Below, in pieces: positions 26,528 to 36,368 of a DNA stretch of 64,000 bases. Origin of the DNA: Eledone cirrhosa (lineage: Eukaryota); the NCBI GenBank assembly GCA_964016885.1, contig OZ024744.1:22010001-22074000 (forward strand), read 5' to 3'. The notes under the pieces are model-generated. The model was not told the origin of the DNA and ran no database searches. It worked only from the letters and a program-made list of their open reading frames with translations. A program made the translations under genes and the position numbers. The first letter of the stretch is position 1; every line of letters begins with the position of its first letter.

Positions 26528-26671
26528 TAAATTAAATTAAATTAAATCTGTTTTCCGTTTATTTTTCACCGAAAGTAGTTTTTGAATGCATCTTCTCTTT
26601 TCATGATTTCCGGATTACATTGAGTTCTTCATACGGATTGGACACTACCGTAAACTTTTGGTAGATTTATC

Positions 26672-26716
<45 letters not shown>

Positions 26717-26826
26717 ATGTGTGTGTTTAATTATACATAGATATATATATACATATATATATATCTATATATATATAATAAATAACATAAATAAGTCAAA
26801 TGTTTAAAATTTGGCTTCGTTTATTA

Positions 26827-26879
26827 CTGCTATATATATATCGGTGACAGCCATCTTTGGCTGTGACCTCTTCAGGCAG
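26827..26879 (-). ncRNA. hammerhead ribozyme (family I), GAAA mutated to GATA
   Basis: CTGC-CTGAAGA-GGT-C-ACAGCCA-AAGA-TGGCTGT-C-ACC-GATA-TATATA-TA-GCAG. Confidence 0.7.
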
Positions 26880-27039
26880 ACCGAATTAGTGTGGTAGAGA
26901 CGAGTACACATGTTGTTGAGGTGTTTAACGTTGTCAATACTCTGATATGCCCAGTTCCTGGTTGGGTTGTTGTGTCACTGAGTAACTGGAATCATATGAA
27001 TTTAAACAAACGAATTTCAGCGTCAAAGGAATCTTCTTC

Positions 27040-27512
27040 TCTCATAATGACGTAAACAAATCCACATAATGACGTAAAAAAAAAAGCCTTCGTGAGCCAA
27101 CTTTTTTTAAGTAAAAAGAAATTCAAACAAACTGGCGCGAAAGCTGATGTGCTTATTCACTTGACTGCATCAAACAACCAAACTTCACTCATATAAGAAA
27201 AAACAACCTGAGCTCCCCTTCCCCTTTGTTTGAAGAACTTTGTAACGCGAACTGGCGCGAAATTTATTATACTTATTCACCGACCAATCAAATTACTTCT
27301 CTAAAAACCTGGCGTTTCGAGCCACTTTTTTTCCATATAAAACAAATAACGTTGAAAGACCAACCAGATGTGAGAAAAAACACAGACCCTCCATCTAAAC
27401 TCTACTTTTGAAAAGCAGAAGTGCGAAACCGTTAAAGGAACCAAATAAATATGTATATTTTAAAAAAAAATAAGACTCCAATTGCATTTTCGATTTCATG
27501 TTTTTTCCTGAT
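27040..27512 (+). mobile_element. longer family H copy: promoter-like segment, hammerhead (27405-27437) and tail
   Basis: CTT-TTGAAAA-GCA-GAAG-TGC-GAAACCGTTA-AAG. The tail matches the reverse complement of 26250-26320. Confidence 0.6.
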
Positions 27513-27609
27513 ATATATATATATATATTGTTATACTTTGGGAGGGTCATGTTGCCAATAAGAAACACACGCTAAATTCAGAAACGAAATATATATATAT
27601 ATATATATA

Positions 27610-27750
27610 TTAAAATAACAGATTAAAGTTTAAGCAAAGAATCCTTGCTTTCACCCTTAACGGCATCCTGTTAAGGGTGAAAGCAGCTCTAGGGTTCTTA
27701 TATATTTGTTATATATTTAATCTTATTGAGCCCTCTTTGGATTTTATTAT
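27610..27750. mobile_element. short fold-back derivative of the family J pseudo-LTR
   Basis: Hairpin tgctttcacccttaac/gttaagggtgaaagca. Flanks match 27983-28033 and 30093-30148. Confidence 0.75.
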
Positions 27751-27757
27751 TATTTGA

Positions 27758-27943
27758 ATTGGCAGTATCGGTAGAGGGTCGGACGCCATGTTTTGACGCA
27801 TAGAGTTACGGCCCTTGCAATTCTGAGTTCAAATCCCGCCGAGGTTAACTTTGCCTTTAATCCTTACGGGGTCGATAAAATAAAGTACCAGTAATACACT
27901 GGGCAATTGCTGGCCTTGTGACACAAGTAGAAACAATTATTAT
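27758..27943 (+). mobile_element. SINE copy
   Basis: A box, B box, central domain and gaaacaattattatt tail as at 4713. Confidence 0.9.
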
Positions 27944-27982
27944 TACTATATATATATATTATTACTATATATATATATATAA

Positions 27983-28284
27983 TAAAATAACAGATTAAAG
28001 TTTAAGCAAAGAATCGCTGCTTTCACCCTTAACGGGATCTTCTGAAACTGAAAAATCAATCTGTGAACGCAGGGGTAAATATTTCGAAAAACGTTGTAAC
28101 CGAAGGAAAACCGGAAGACGATACTTTGGTTCGTGAAGTCATTTCCTGGCAATGAACGGAAAAAAGCGAAGATAATACGTCATTATGTGGATCGGTGAGA
28201 ACAATTTCACGCAAAGACAAAACCACGTTTATCGTATAAATGAAGTCGTAAACTAATATTCTATTTAGGAAACCGAATGATTCT
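27983..28284 (-). mobile_element. Penelope-like pseudo-LTR (family J); inverted copy at 29780-30176
   Basis: ~300-bp reverse-complement match. The 30143-30176 end matches the sequence just upstream of the PLE ORF start (28722-28755). Confidence 0.75.
27999..28049 (-). ncRNA. hammerhead-like fold with non-canonical CAGAAGA core (family J); copy at 30013-30063 (+)
   Basis: AGTTT-CAGAAGA-TCCC-GTTAA-GGGT-GAAAGCA-GCGATTCTT-TGCTT-AAACT. Confidence 0.5.
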
Positions 28285-28465
28285 CGGACTCAGAGTTAAG
28301 AATAATGTAAATAAATTAGTAGAACGAAAATGACAGAGGTTATTGAAATCAACAATAATTAAATATATACATACACGCATCCATATACGTACATACAAAT
28401 GCATACGCGAAAACACCCGCCATGCATGCATATACAAGCAAGTACACATAAACACGCGCACATAC

Positions 28466-28757
28466 ATAAAGCAATGTTCGGTTACTCGGAGGGTTATTAT
28501 AAATTTAAACCAAAATTTATCCTGTTTATTGTCCGCTTTTTCCTGATTATCGACATAAAAGGCACGCCAACGCAACCTTTTAATGAACGAGTTTGTTTTC
28601 TGAATCAGGAGTTTTAGGTAAGTTTTCCTGCTTGGTACGGGTGTGTTCTTTGTAGCAATATTCAGATGTTGTTTCTGCATGATGAATATAAATCAATAGA
28701 GTGCTCAACCGAGGTGGCATAATAGTAATAATAATAAATTTGAAGACTAAAATCCAA
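28466..28757 (-). pseudogene. 5' end of a Penelope-like ORF
   Basis: MQKQHLNIATKNTPVPSRKTYLKLLIQKTNSFIKRLRWRAF resembles the N-terminus (KNIP.PS..Y...L..K...FIKR.RW.A) of C-terminal-endonuclease PLE proteins; recognised from memory. Confidence 0.7.
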
Positions 28758-29599
28758 TACACATGCATACGCGAAAACACCCGCCATGCATGCATATGCA
28801 AGCACGTACACCTAAACCCGCGCAACACCTGTACCTGCACACATACGAATGTATACACTAGATACACATAAAAAATATATATGTGTGTGCGTGTGTGTAT
28901 AAATATAATTATATAAACGTATATAAATATACACACATAAATACGTATATAACGCACGCACACACATACCTACAGGTAAATACACTTATGTTCATTAAAC
29001 GTACGTCAACCAAAACACAAAGTACACATATACACACATTTATATACGTGCAAACATCCATACACACACACACAAAATACGCATAAACACATAACCATAA
29101 CACATTTACCAGTATACGTAATATAATATATACACCTATAACATATACAAGCAAATATACGCACGAGAAAGTATACGTACCTTCACAAAACATACGGGTA
29201 TGGTATACTTTCCGATACAAATAAGAAATGGTATAAACATAAAATATACTTAGCTACCACATTGAGACGTAAATTATCCTCGTATTGTTCGTACTATCCG
29301 TTAGGGTATAATGTGGCGCTGTAATACAGGAAAGTGTTATGCAATTTATGTTTACAAGCCGAAATTGCCTCAGATTTTTTGTTTAAGATCTGGTCATTGA
29401 CATAAAGTATTTCCAGAGCTTCGGCGGTGCAAAGATCGCATGGTCTTTTTTTCCGTTATACGATCTAGCCTAAGCTAGGATCTCCCAGTGTAACCAATAT
29501 TGGGTGTGGTTGTCTTTTTTAGACTCCAGATATAAGCTGAAAGTGACGTCATATTCCTTCTTAAATGGTTAAGAAAAGAATGGGTGTGCATGTAAAGTC

Positions 29600-29782
29600 G
29601 GCGGTGGATTGGCAGTAACGGTAGAGGGTCTGACGCCATGCTTTGCAGCAACGAGTTACGTCCCTTTATGGTCTGAGTTCAAATCCCGCCGAGGTTAATT
29701 TGCCTTTCATCCTTACGGGGTTGATAAAATAAAGTACCAGTAAGGTACTGGGTAATTGCTGGCCTTGTGCCAAATGTAGAAT
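29600..29782 (+). mobile_element. SINE copy
   Basis: ggcggtggattggcagtaacgg..gagttcaaatcccgccgagg..catccttacgggg. Confidence 0.9.
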
Positions 29783-30305
29783 CATTCGGTTTCCTAAATA
29801 GAATATTAGTCTACGACTTCATTTATACCATAAACGTGGTTTTGTCTTTGCGTGTAATTGTTCTCACCACTCCATATAATGACGTATTATTTTCGCTTTT
29901 TTTCGTTCATTGCCAGGGAATGTCTTCACAAACCAAAGTATCGTCTTCCTGTTTTCCTTCAGTTGCAACGTTTTTCGAAATATTTACACCTGCGTTCACA
30001 GATTGATTTTTTAGTTTCAGAATATCCCGTTAAGGGTGAAAGCAGCGATTCTTTGCTTAAACTTTAATCTGTTATTTTAATAAATGTTTGCACTAGGGTT
30101 CTTATATATTTGATATATATTTATCCTTATCGAGCCCTCTTTGGATTTTAGTCTTCAAATTTATTATTATTACTATATTATATCAACTAGAAATTAATTG
30201 ACATATATATATATCTAAAATAAACATATGAAACAATCATAGGGAATAATTTGTAAAAGTGGATATGGCGCATGTCTCTCGAACATGACATCCTTAATTT
30301 AATTT

Positions 30306-30341
<36 letters not shown>

Positions 30342-30479
30342 GGTTTGTTGTTTCAACACTGGATTGAACTGCTCATTCCGTATGGTCAATCTCGATGTAA
30401 TATTATGGAGAGCACTCAACGTAATGCAACTCACCCGTCTTCGTTTGTGTAGTTGGTGGTTTGAGTACGGAGTTAATTA

Positions 30480-30824
30480 TTATAAAATAACAGGAGGCTG
30501 GACTTGTGTAAATCCTTGAAAGGTTTATTATACTATGATCATTTCAATGACCGGGTTCAGTATGAATCCGGTGACATCATCAGGTATTCAAAATATAACA
30601 AAGGAAATAACAGATAAAATCCATGGGGCTGAAAATTAGAGACAAGAGGACGACCAACTATTTAGCGGCTTCTACCTCAGTCGCCCTATCTGTTATATTC
30701 CTTTGTTATATTTTGAATACCTGATGATGTCACCGGATTCATACTGAACCCGGTCATTGAAATGATCATAGTGTAATAAACCTTTCAAGGATTTACACCA
30801 GTCCAGCCTCCTGTTATTTTATAA
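30480..30824. mobile_element. family K fold-back element, ~137-bp arms with 70-bp spacer
   Basis: 30480-30616 is the reverse complement of 30687-30824. Confidence 0.88.
30718..30773 (+). ncRNA. hammerhead ribozyme (family K); mirror copy at 30531-30586 (-)
   Basis: TAC-CTGATGA-TG..ACCGG-A-TTCA-TAC-TGAA-C-CCGGT-CA-TT-GAAA-TGATCA-TA-GTR. Confidence 0.7.
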
Positions 30825-30992
30825 TATATATTTAGCAGTTATAGGTTATAGATGTTATCGCCACTTTAGCGGGGTGGTAGAATCAGTGGTCGTTAGTTGC
30901 CAGTGTGGTAAGTGATAGTATCCTCGTTGGATTATCTTGTTGACATAGACGTGAGGGAAGGTCCCTCGATCTATTTACCATCTATTTACAAT

Positions 30993-31384
30993 ATTCCTTT
31001 CGTCAGGTCGCCAATTCCAGCAGCATGGATTAAAGATGTCATTGAGACACGAGTAACATAACAACGACTTCAACCGCAGTAATTAGAGATGAAATGTTTG
31101 TTTATTTATATGGTTGAAGTTACAGATAAAAAGAGGTTACAAAAGGGAATGTGCCAATGCGCCGTTAAGCCGGCAAGGCTAGGGGTGCAATATCTCACTG
31201 CTACATTATGCGTGTTGCTGGCTCGAAGTTTCTGGTACAAGAGAGAGATTCTTCAAATCTTCGCGGGGAATTTCTTCCTCGGGGCGCGTAGGGATACATC
31301 CTCTTCTACTGGCGCTGATTGGCTGAACTGAGCCAAATCACGCACAGAGAATGTATGTGAGCCCGCGGAATGTAGGTCACTACA
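30993..31384 (-). mobile_element. probable LTR-retrotransposon 5' LTR with primer-binding site
   Basis: The minus strand starts TGTAGTGACC at 31384, contains AATAAA (~31107), has a possible ..GACA end at 31037, then TGGCGACC(TG)ACGAAAGG at 31013-30996. Confidence 0.45.
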
Positions 31385-31395
31385 TATATATATAT

Positions 31396-32071
31396 AAGGC
31401 GAGTAAAATTCCCGAGATCCATGGACGAGTTCTCTCCAGCGGTCTCTGTCCCTCATTATCGCTGCCATGTCCTGCATCTCCAACAGACCAGTGTCTGTCC
31501 TTAGGGCATCAACATACGTTCACCTTGGTCTTCCTCTTCTAGTGTGTCCATGTAGGGGATCCCAAAGGAGTACTGAGTGCAATGTCAACTATGGATGTCG
31601 GTGAGCATGTCCAGCTAACCTCAGTCTCCTCTGTGTCACTTTTGAGCTGACTTTTGGGATGCTCAAAACTACTAATACAAAATACTAATACAAAAATACT
31701 AATACAAAAAGGTATCGGATGCTGAATTTGCCGACGACATAGTTTTGGTGACAAATACAGTGAAGGAGGCAGAGGATTTGATGCGGGAGGTTGAGACTGT
31801 GTCGATGAGTGTGGGGTTGAGAATGAATGAGACTAAAACAAAATATCTGGTAGAGAATGTTGAGAAGCCGGCTAATGTAGGCGGGAAGCCGCTGGAATTG
31901 GTTGAGGACTTCCTGTATTTGGGAGCAAAGATTGGGAATACGGAAGATGATGTGGTTGAGAGGAAGAGCAAGGCCTGGGCGGCGTGCCACAGCTTGAGAT
32001 CGGTGAGGAAGTCGCACCTTCGTAGAGACCTGAAAATCCGCCTCTTCATTGCTGTAGTGGAGTCTGTGCTG

Positions 32072-32073
<2 letters not shown>
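31396..32073 (-). mobile_element. RTE-type LINE with 5' inversion (3' part 31396-31663 on minus; upstream part 31712-32073 on plus)
   Basis: Both parts align to 15435-16150 in opposite orientations. Flanked by (TA)n. Confidence 0.88.
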
Positions 32074-32114
<41 letters not shown>

Positions 32115-32122
32115 CAAGTATG

Positions 32123-32213
32123 ACCCCGACGGCAGAGCGCAAGCCGTTTCGACGGCTATTTCTGGACTAAATAAGAATTTTGGCCTGGTAAATAGCTGAA
32201 CTTCTCAGGGGGT
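32123..32213 (-). ncRNA. complete family C hammerhead (core G8 to A)
   Basis: ACCCC-CTGAGAA-G..GCTATTT/AAATAGC..C-GAAACGGC-TTGCGCTCT-GCCGTC-GGGGT, with a GUC cleavage triplet. Confidence 0.7.
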
Positions 32214-32739
32214 ATTTCCTTATATAGGAAGATAGTAATTGTCAAGAGGATTGGTCAAAAATTTGTTGTAAAGACAGATAAATCTATCATGGTATTTGGT
32301 ATGAGGTAGGGGTGGCTGAACTTTCCGGTAGAACAAAGAGGGAGTGGGGGAAACCCAGTCAGGCGTTGAAAGTGAAATCTATACAGCAGATTCTAAGGAT
32401 AGTGTATAAAAGGTTGAAAAAAGTGTACTGGAGAAGAGGAGGGGGTGAAAGAATAGGTAAATCGAAAGGGAGTAAAAAAAAAACATTATAAAAATAAGGA
32501 AATACATATATAAAAACAATTTCTGGTTACTACTCCATTTCTACAATCACCAAATCTCTCATTGGTATTGCTAAGCTACAGAAAAGTTTAATAGGTGGAG
32601 AAAAGGAAAAATACTAAATACGAGATTGTAGTGAAAGAATTTTATAAAGCCGGCTTTACAGGGGCTCTAACACCGCTGCTATAGATAGTTAGTAATCAGC
32701 CAATGCTATCTTACAATGACAGGTTAATAAGTTGAGAAC

Positions 32740-32838
32740 AAAAATACTAAAATACTACAACGAAACTACTAATACAAAATACTAATACAAAAATACTAAT
32801 ACAAAAATACTAATACAAAAATACTAATACAAAAATAC
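32740..32838. repeat. 14-bp tandem repeat (ACTAATACAAAAAT)n
   Basis: About 5 copies. The same unit occurs at 31666-31710. Confidence 0.9.
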
Positions 32839-33162
32839 CACTAAGAAATTTAGAAACCATAGAAATGGAGCAGCAACCAGAAAGAAAAAGAATTACTGGG
32901 GTCTAACACATCTGCTATAAAAAGCGAAATCGGCCAATTCTATCTTAAAATTACGGGGGGGGGGTGTACTGAGGCTACAGAGGACCGATGGGCTGCATCG
33001 GGGTAGGCGAAAGGTGAAAAAAAGACGAGGAAGGAGATCTGGGGTGGAAGGACTAGGAAGAGATGGGGGGAAGAAGGAAACATAGAAGAAAAGATTAAAA
33101 ATAAGTTACGTCTACTTTTGGAAGCAGGGCTTTCCCCTTACAAAATCGGAAAGTGGGGGATA

Positions 33163-33875
33163 TCAGCCCTTGTCTACCCCCCGGGTCATTATGAGGCTTG
33201 AGGGCGAGTAAGTCCTACGCAATCTGTGTTTGCATGCGGTTACGAGTTCGTCTTCCTTGTTTAGAAGTTGGTCCTTCGAAAACAGCATTTGTAATGTTTC
33301 CTCCGAGTATAAATTACACGGACGGCGTCCTCCCGTGTAAGAGTTAGCTCTGGACAGTAAGCTCCAAGTGAGATTGTAGGTTATATTATTATCTTTGAGG
33401 TCCCAGATGTGGCCCGAAAGTGTAGTGGCATGTCGCCGGGCCGGGTTTCGGAAAGTATGTCGGTGTTGGTAGAGCCGGGTCTTGAAGTCACAAGCGGTTA
33501 ATCCTATATAAGCCTTGTTGGAGGTGTCTCTTCTCGTTGCACTGGTAGATCACATTACGATCTCGGCATCTGTTGTTGAGGGGGCACGTTGATCTATCAG
33601 GGCAGTTACACCTCCTGGTCGGCTCTCCCCTGATGTCTAGGTTATTTCTTCCATAGGGGTTGAGTTTTTTGTTGTTAGAGCAGACGATGTTTTGTGCGAA
33701 GTTAGGTGTGGTGCTGTAGGAGAGGTTGATGGTGTTTTTGTTGATTATGTTGGGGTAGCGGTGTTGTAGTGGGAAGTGTTTTTCGAGGAGCCTAAAGAAG
33801 ATTTTCCCGATAGGTGTTGCCACCTCGGCATTGTGGGGAGGATTGAACCACGTTACGTGGCGTGAACGGCCGTGT
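33163..33875 (-). pseudogene. Penelope-like ORF C-terminus with GIY-YIG endonuclease (frameshifted)
   Basis: WFNPP..IGKIFF.LL.KHFP..LSYS..CNC..CPL..C..VIYQC, then in another frame AYIGLTACDFKTRLYQH..TTLSGHIWDLK..CNL..E..LLNK..EL...CKH. Confidence 0.85.
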
Positions 33876-33954
33876 AAACACTCACGAATAGACCTTTCTA
33901 AATCAAAGTATATATGTACATAACCATGTCCAATTGCATAAATTATTAAACTTA

Positions 33955-34317
33955 ATAATAATAACAATAATAATGATTTCATTTATTAGCCACAAGGTCT
34001 GACATGTAGGGGACAATACAAAGACAGGGAGAGTGGGGGTTTACAATATCGTCGAGTAAAAGTGCACAATGGCAAGACTAATTTAACAATGAAGACATAC
34101 AAATATAAAATAAACTATGCATAAATATAACAAAATAAATCCCCCGATAGGGTGTGGACGACCCTGGGGTGACTCAGGTACCCCATCAATCCTGAACCAC
34201 CCTGCACTTCTAGGGCACCCATGGAGAGCACCCCTCTCCTCAAATTAGCTACTCTATAGGCGCATGGTCAGAGTAGGCCCACATACACGGGCCATTCTCG
34301 CCACATTCATCCACCTA
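33955..34317 (-). mobile_element. 3' tail of a Tx1/L1-clade LINE
   Basis: RWMNVARMARVCGPTLTMRL* matches RWVNVEKMARVIGPSLYINL* of ORF 21584-22849. The 3' UTR ends aataaatgaaatc. Confidence 0.8.
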
Positions 34318-34566
34318 ATAATAATTGTTTCTACTTTTGGCACAAGGCCAGCAATTACCCCCGTGTAAAAAAGTGAGAGGAAATGAGAAAGGGATATAGA
34401 GGAAGAATCGACTTCATTATTAAACAGGTACTTTATGTTATCGACCCCGTAAGGATGAAAGGCAAAGTTAACCTCGGCAGGAGTTGAACTGAGAACGTAA
34501 AGTGTCGTAACTCTATGCTGCAATGCATGATGTCCGACGTTCTACTGAAACTGCGAAACTACCGCT
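34318..34566 (-). mobile_element. SINE copy, followed by a partial copy at 34580-34690
   Basis: tcgaccccgtaaggatgaaaggcaaagttaacctcggcaggagttgaact. Confidence 0.85.
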
Positions 34567-34749
34567 AATAATGATAATATTATTTTCTGACATTCGTAGA
34601 GGGCCAGCAATTTGGGGAAAAGTTGATTAAATCGATCCCAGTATATTACTGGTACTTTATATTATCGACCTCGTAAGGTTGAAAGGCAAATAATATTCAA
34701 AGTATAATTCATATTGTATGGAATCCAACAACACTGGAACACTGGCAGT

Positions 34750-35050
34750 TGTGTGTGTGTACGAGTGTGTGTGTACGAGTGTGTGTGTGCATGTGTGTAT
34801 GTATGTGTGTTCTTGTGTGTGTATGAGTGTGTGTGTATGAGTATCTATGCCTGTATATGCATGTATGTATGCGTGTGTATGAGTGTGTGTGTGTGTGTCT
34901 GCATGAGTGTGTGTATGTATGTATGTATCTGTGTTAGTGTGTGTATGTATGTGTATATGTGTAAATGAGTGTGTGCGTGTATGTGTGTATGTGTGTGCTT
35001 GTGTATGTATGTGTGTGTTTGTGTATGTATGTATGTATATATGTATGTGT

Positions 35051-35085
<35 letters not shown>
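34750..35085. repeat. degenerate (TG)n tract
   Basis: Read directly from the sequence. Confidence 0.9.
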
Positions 35086-35088
<3 letters not shown>

Positions 35089-36368
35089 CTCTGATCTTAA
35101 TTTGGAGATGGATAATGTGTAAATCAAATTGTCCTCTCTGTTGTATTTTTTTTCTATAATAAACAAGAAGAAGAGAAGTACAGTGGGGGCATCAAATCAA
35201 GTGAAATAAACCGTATTTATCACATTACTGTTTTATGAATGATCAGGCGAATAAAGAAGGGAATAAAGAAGAGAATAAAGAAGAGAATAAATAAGAGAAT
35301 AAATGAAAGAAAGAAGGAAAAAAAGAAAAACAGGAAAGAAAAAATGATTCAAATTACACATTCACTCGAACGTCTAAGCTGCCAATAAATGTGATATTTA
35401 GGTATGTGAAGATCACAGGAACCGTAGAAAGCAGAGAAATAGATGGTAAATGTTTATGATGTTGAAGAAAAACGGAGGGTCAGTGGAGCGTGAGTGCTTG
35501 TGACATTAATAAATTGGTTCAGTCATAAGCTTTTTCTTTGTTTTATTTTCTTGTTGTTGTTTTTTTTTTTTTTTTTTTTTTTTCCCCCAGAAATGGTGGA
35601 TTCATTAAATATCGTTGGCGAAAGCAGAATTTATGTCTAATTAGAAATATTTTTTTATCGAAATGTGATGAGCTTCATAGAGCAGGAACTATCATCTTCC
35701 TGAAGAGAATCGAACTGTCACAGCTACTCGGTTTCAAATCCAGCTTGTATTTGTTCTACTATTATTATAGACTTTTTACGGGCGGTGAATTGGTGGAGTA
35801 GGTAGAGCGTTGGACAGCATATTTTGCGTTCTATGTTCAAATCCTATCCTTTTCAAATATGAAAGGAAAACGGTTCAAAACAAAAACGAACAATCGATGT
35901 GCTTTCCCTAACTTTAGATATACAGATTACTCTGTTTTATTTCATTTGTCATTTTCTGCCCTTAATATATTCCTCTAGCATTGTACCAGTTATTTGAAAC
36001 CTATCAGTCAATTATTACATATCTCACAATACTTCATATTAACTGTATATGTTCGTCATTCTAGGCTTTGTATGTCTCACGTGTCTGAAGATCTGCATAT
36101 GGAGAGTTGCTCTGAAAAGGCATTTTTTTTTCTCATGAGAGACAATCCATTGCACGAGACAAAAACCGATACAATTTGACATCAGTGAGGTCGCCAGAGT
36201 TGCTATTAGAAGGCAAAGAGATAGAAGCCACAACGTACTTCCTTCAATGCTGAACCCCAGAACTACGAAAGGCCAAGTTAATGTCGAAGGATTTTGAACT
36301 GAACGTGCAGAGAATCGGATCATATTTTATCGGAATGTATTTCATTCGGTATCTTAGTTACTTCCTTT

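Larger units (their letters stand above)
32113..33875 (-). mobile_element. 3' part of a Penelope-like retroelement: linker, GIY-YIG endonuclease, pyrimidine-rich 3' UTR and terminal hammerhead
   Basis: See the ORF remnant at 33163-33875 and the ribozyme at 32123-32213. Ends in (TA)n. Confidence 0.75.

Noticed and set aside
35402-35445. Possible micro-exon (ag|GTATGTG...TAGATG|gtaaat)
   Set aside because: The polypyrimidine tract is weak, the peptide is unrecognisable and there are no supporting exons.
36084-36125. CTGAAGA...GAAA hammerhead-like boxes
   Set aside because: There is no closing stem adjacent to GAAA, no stem III/UH site and no fold-back context.
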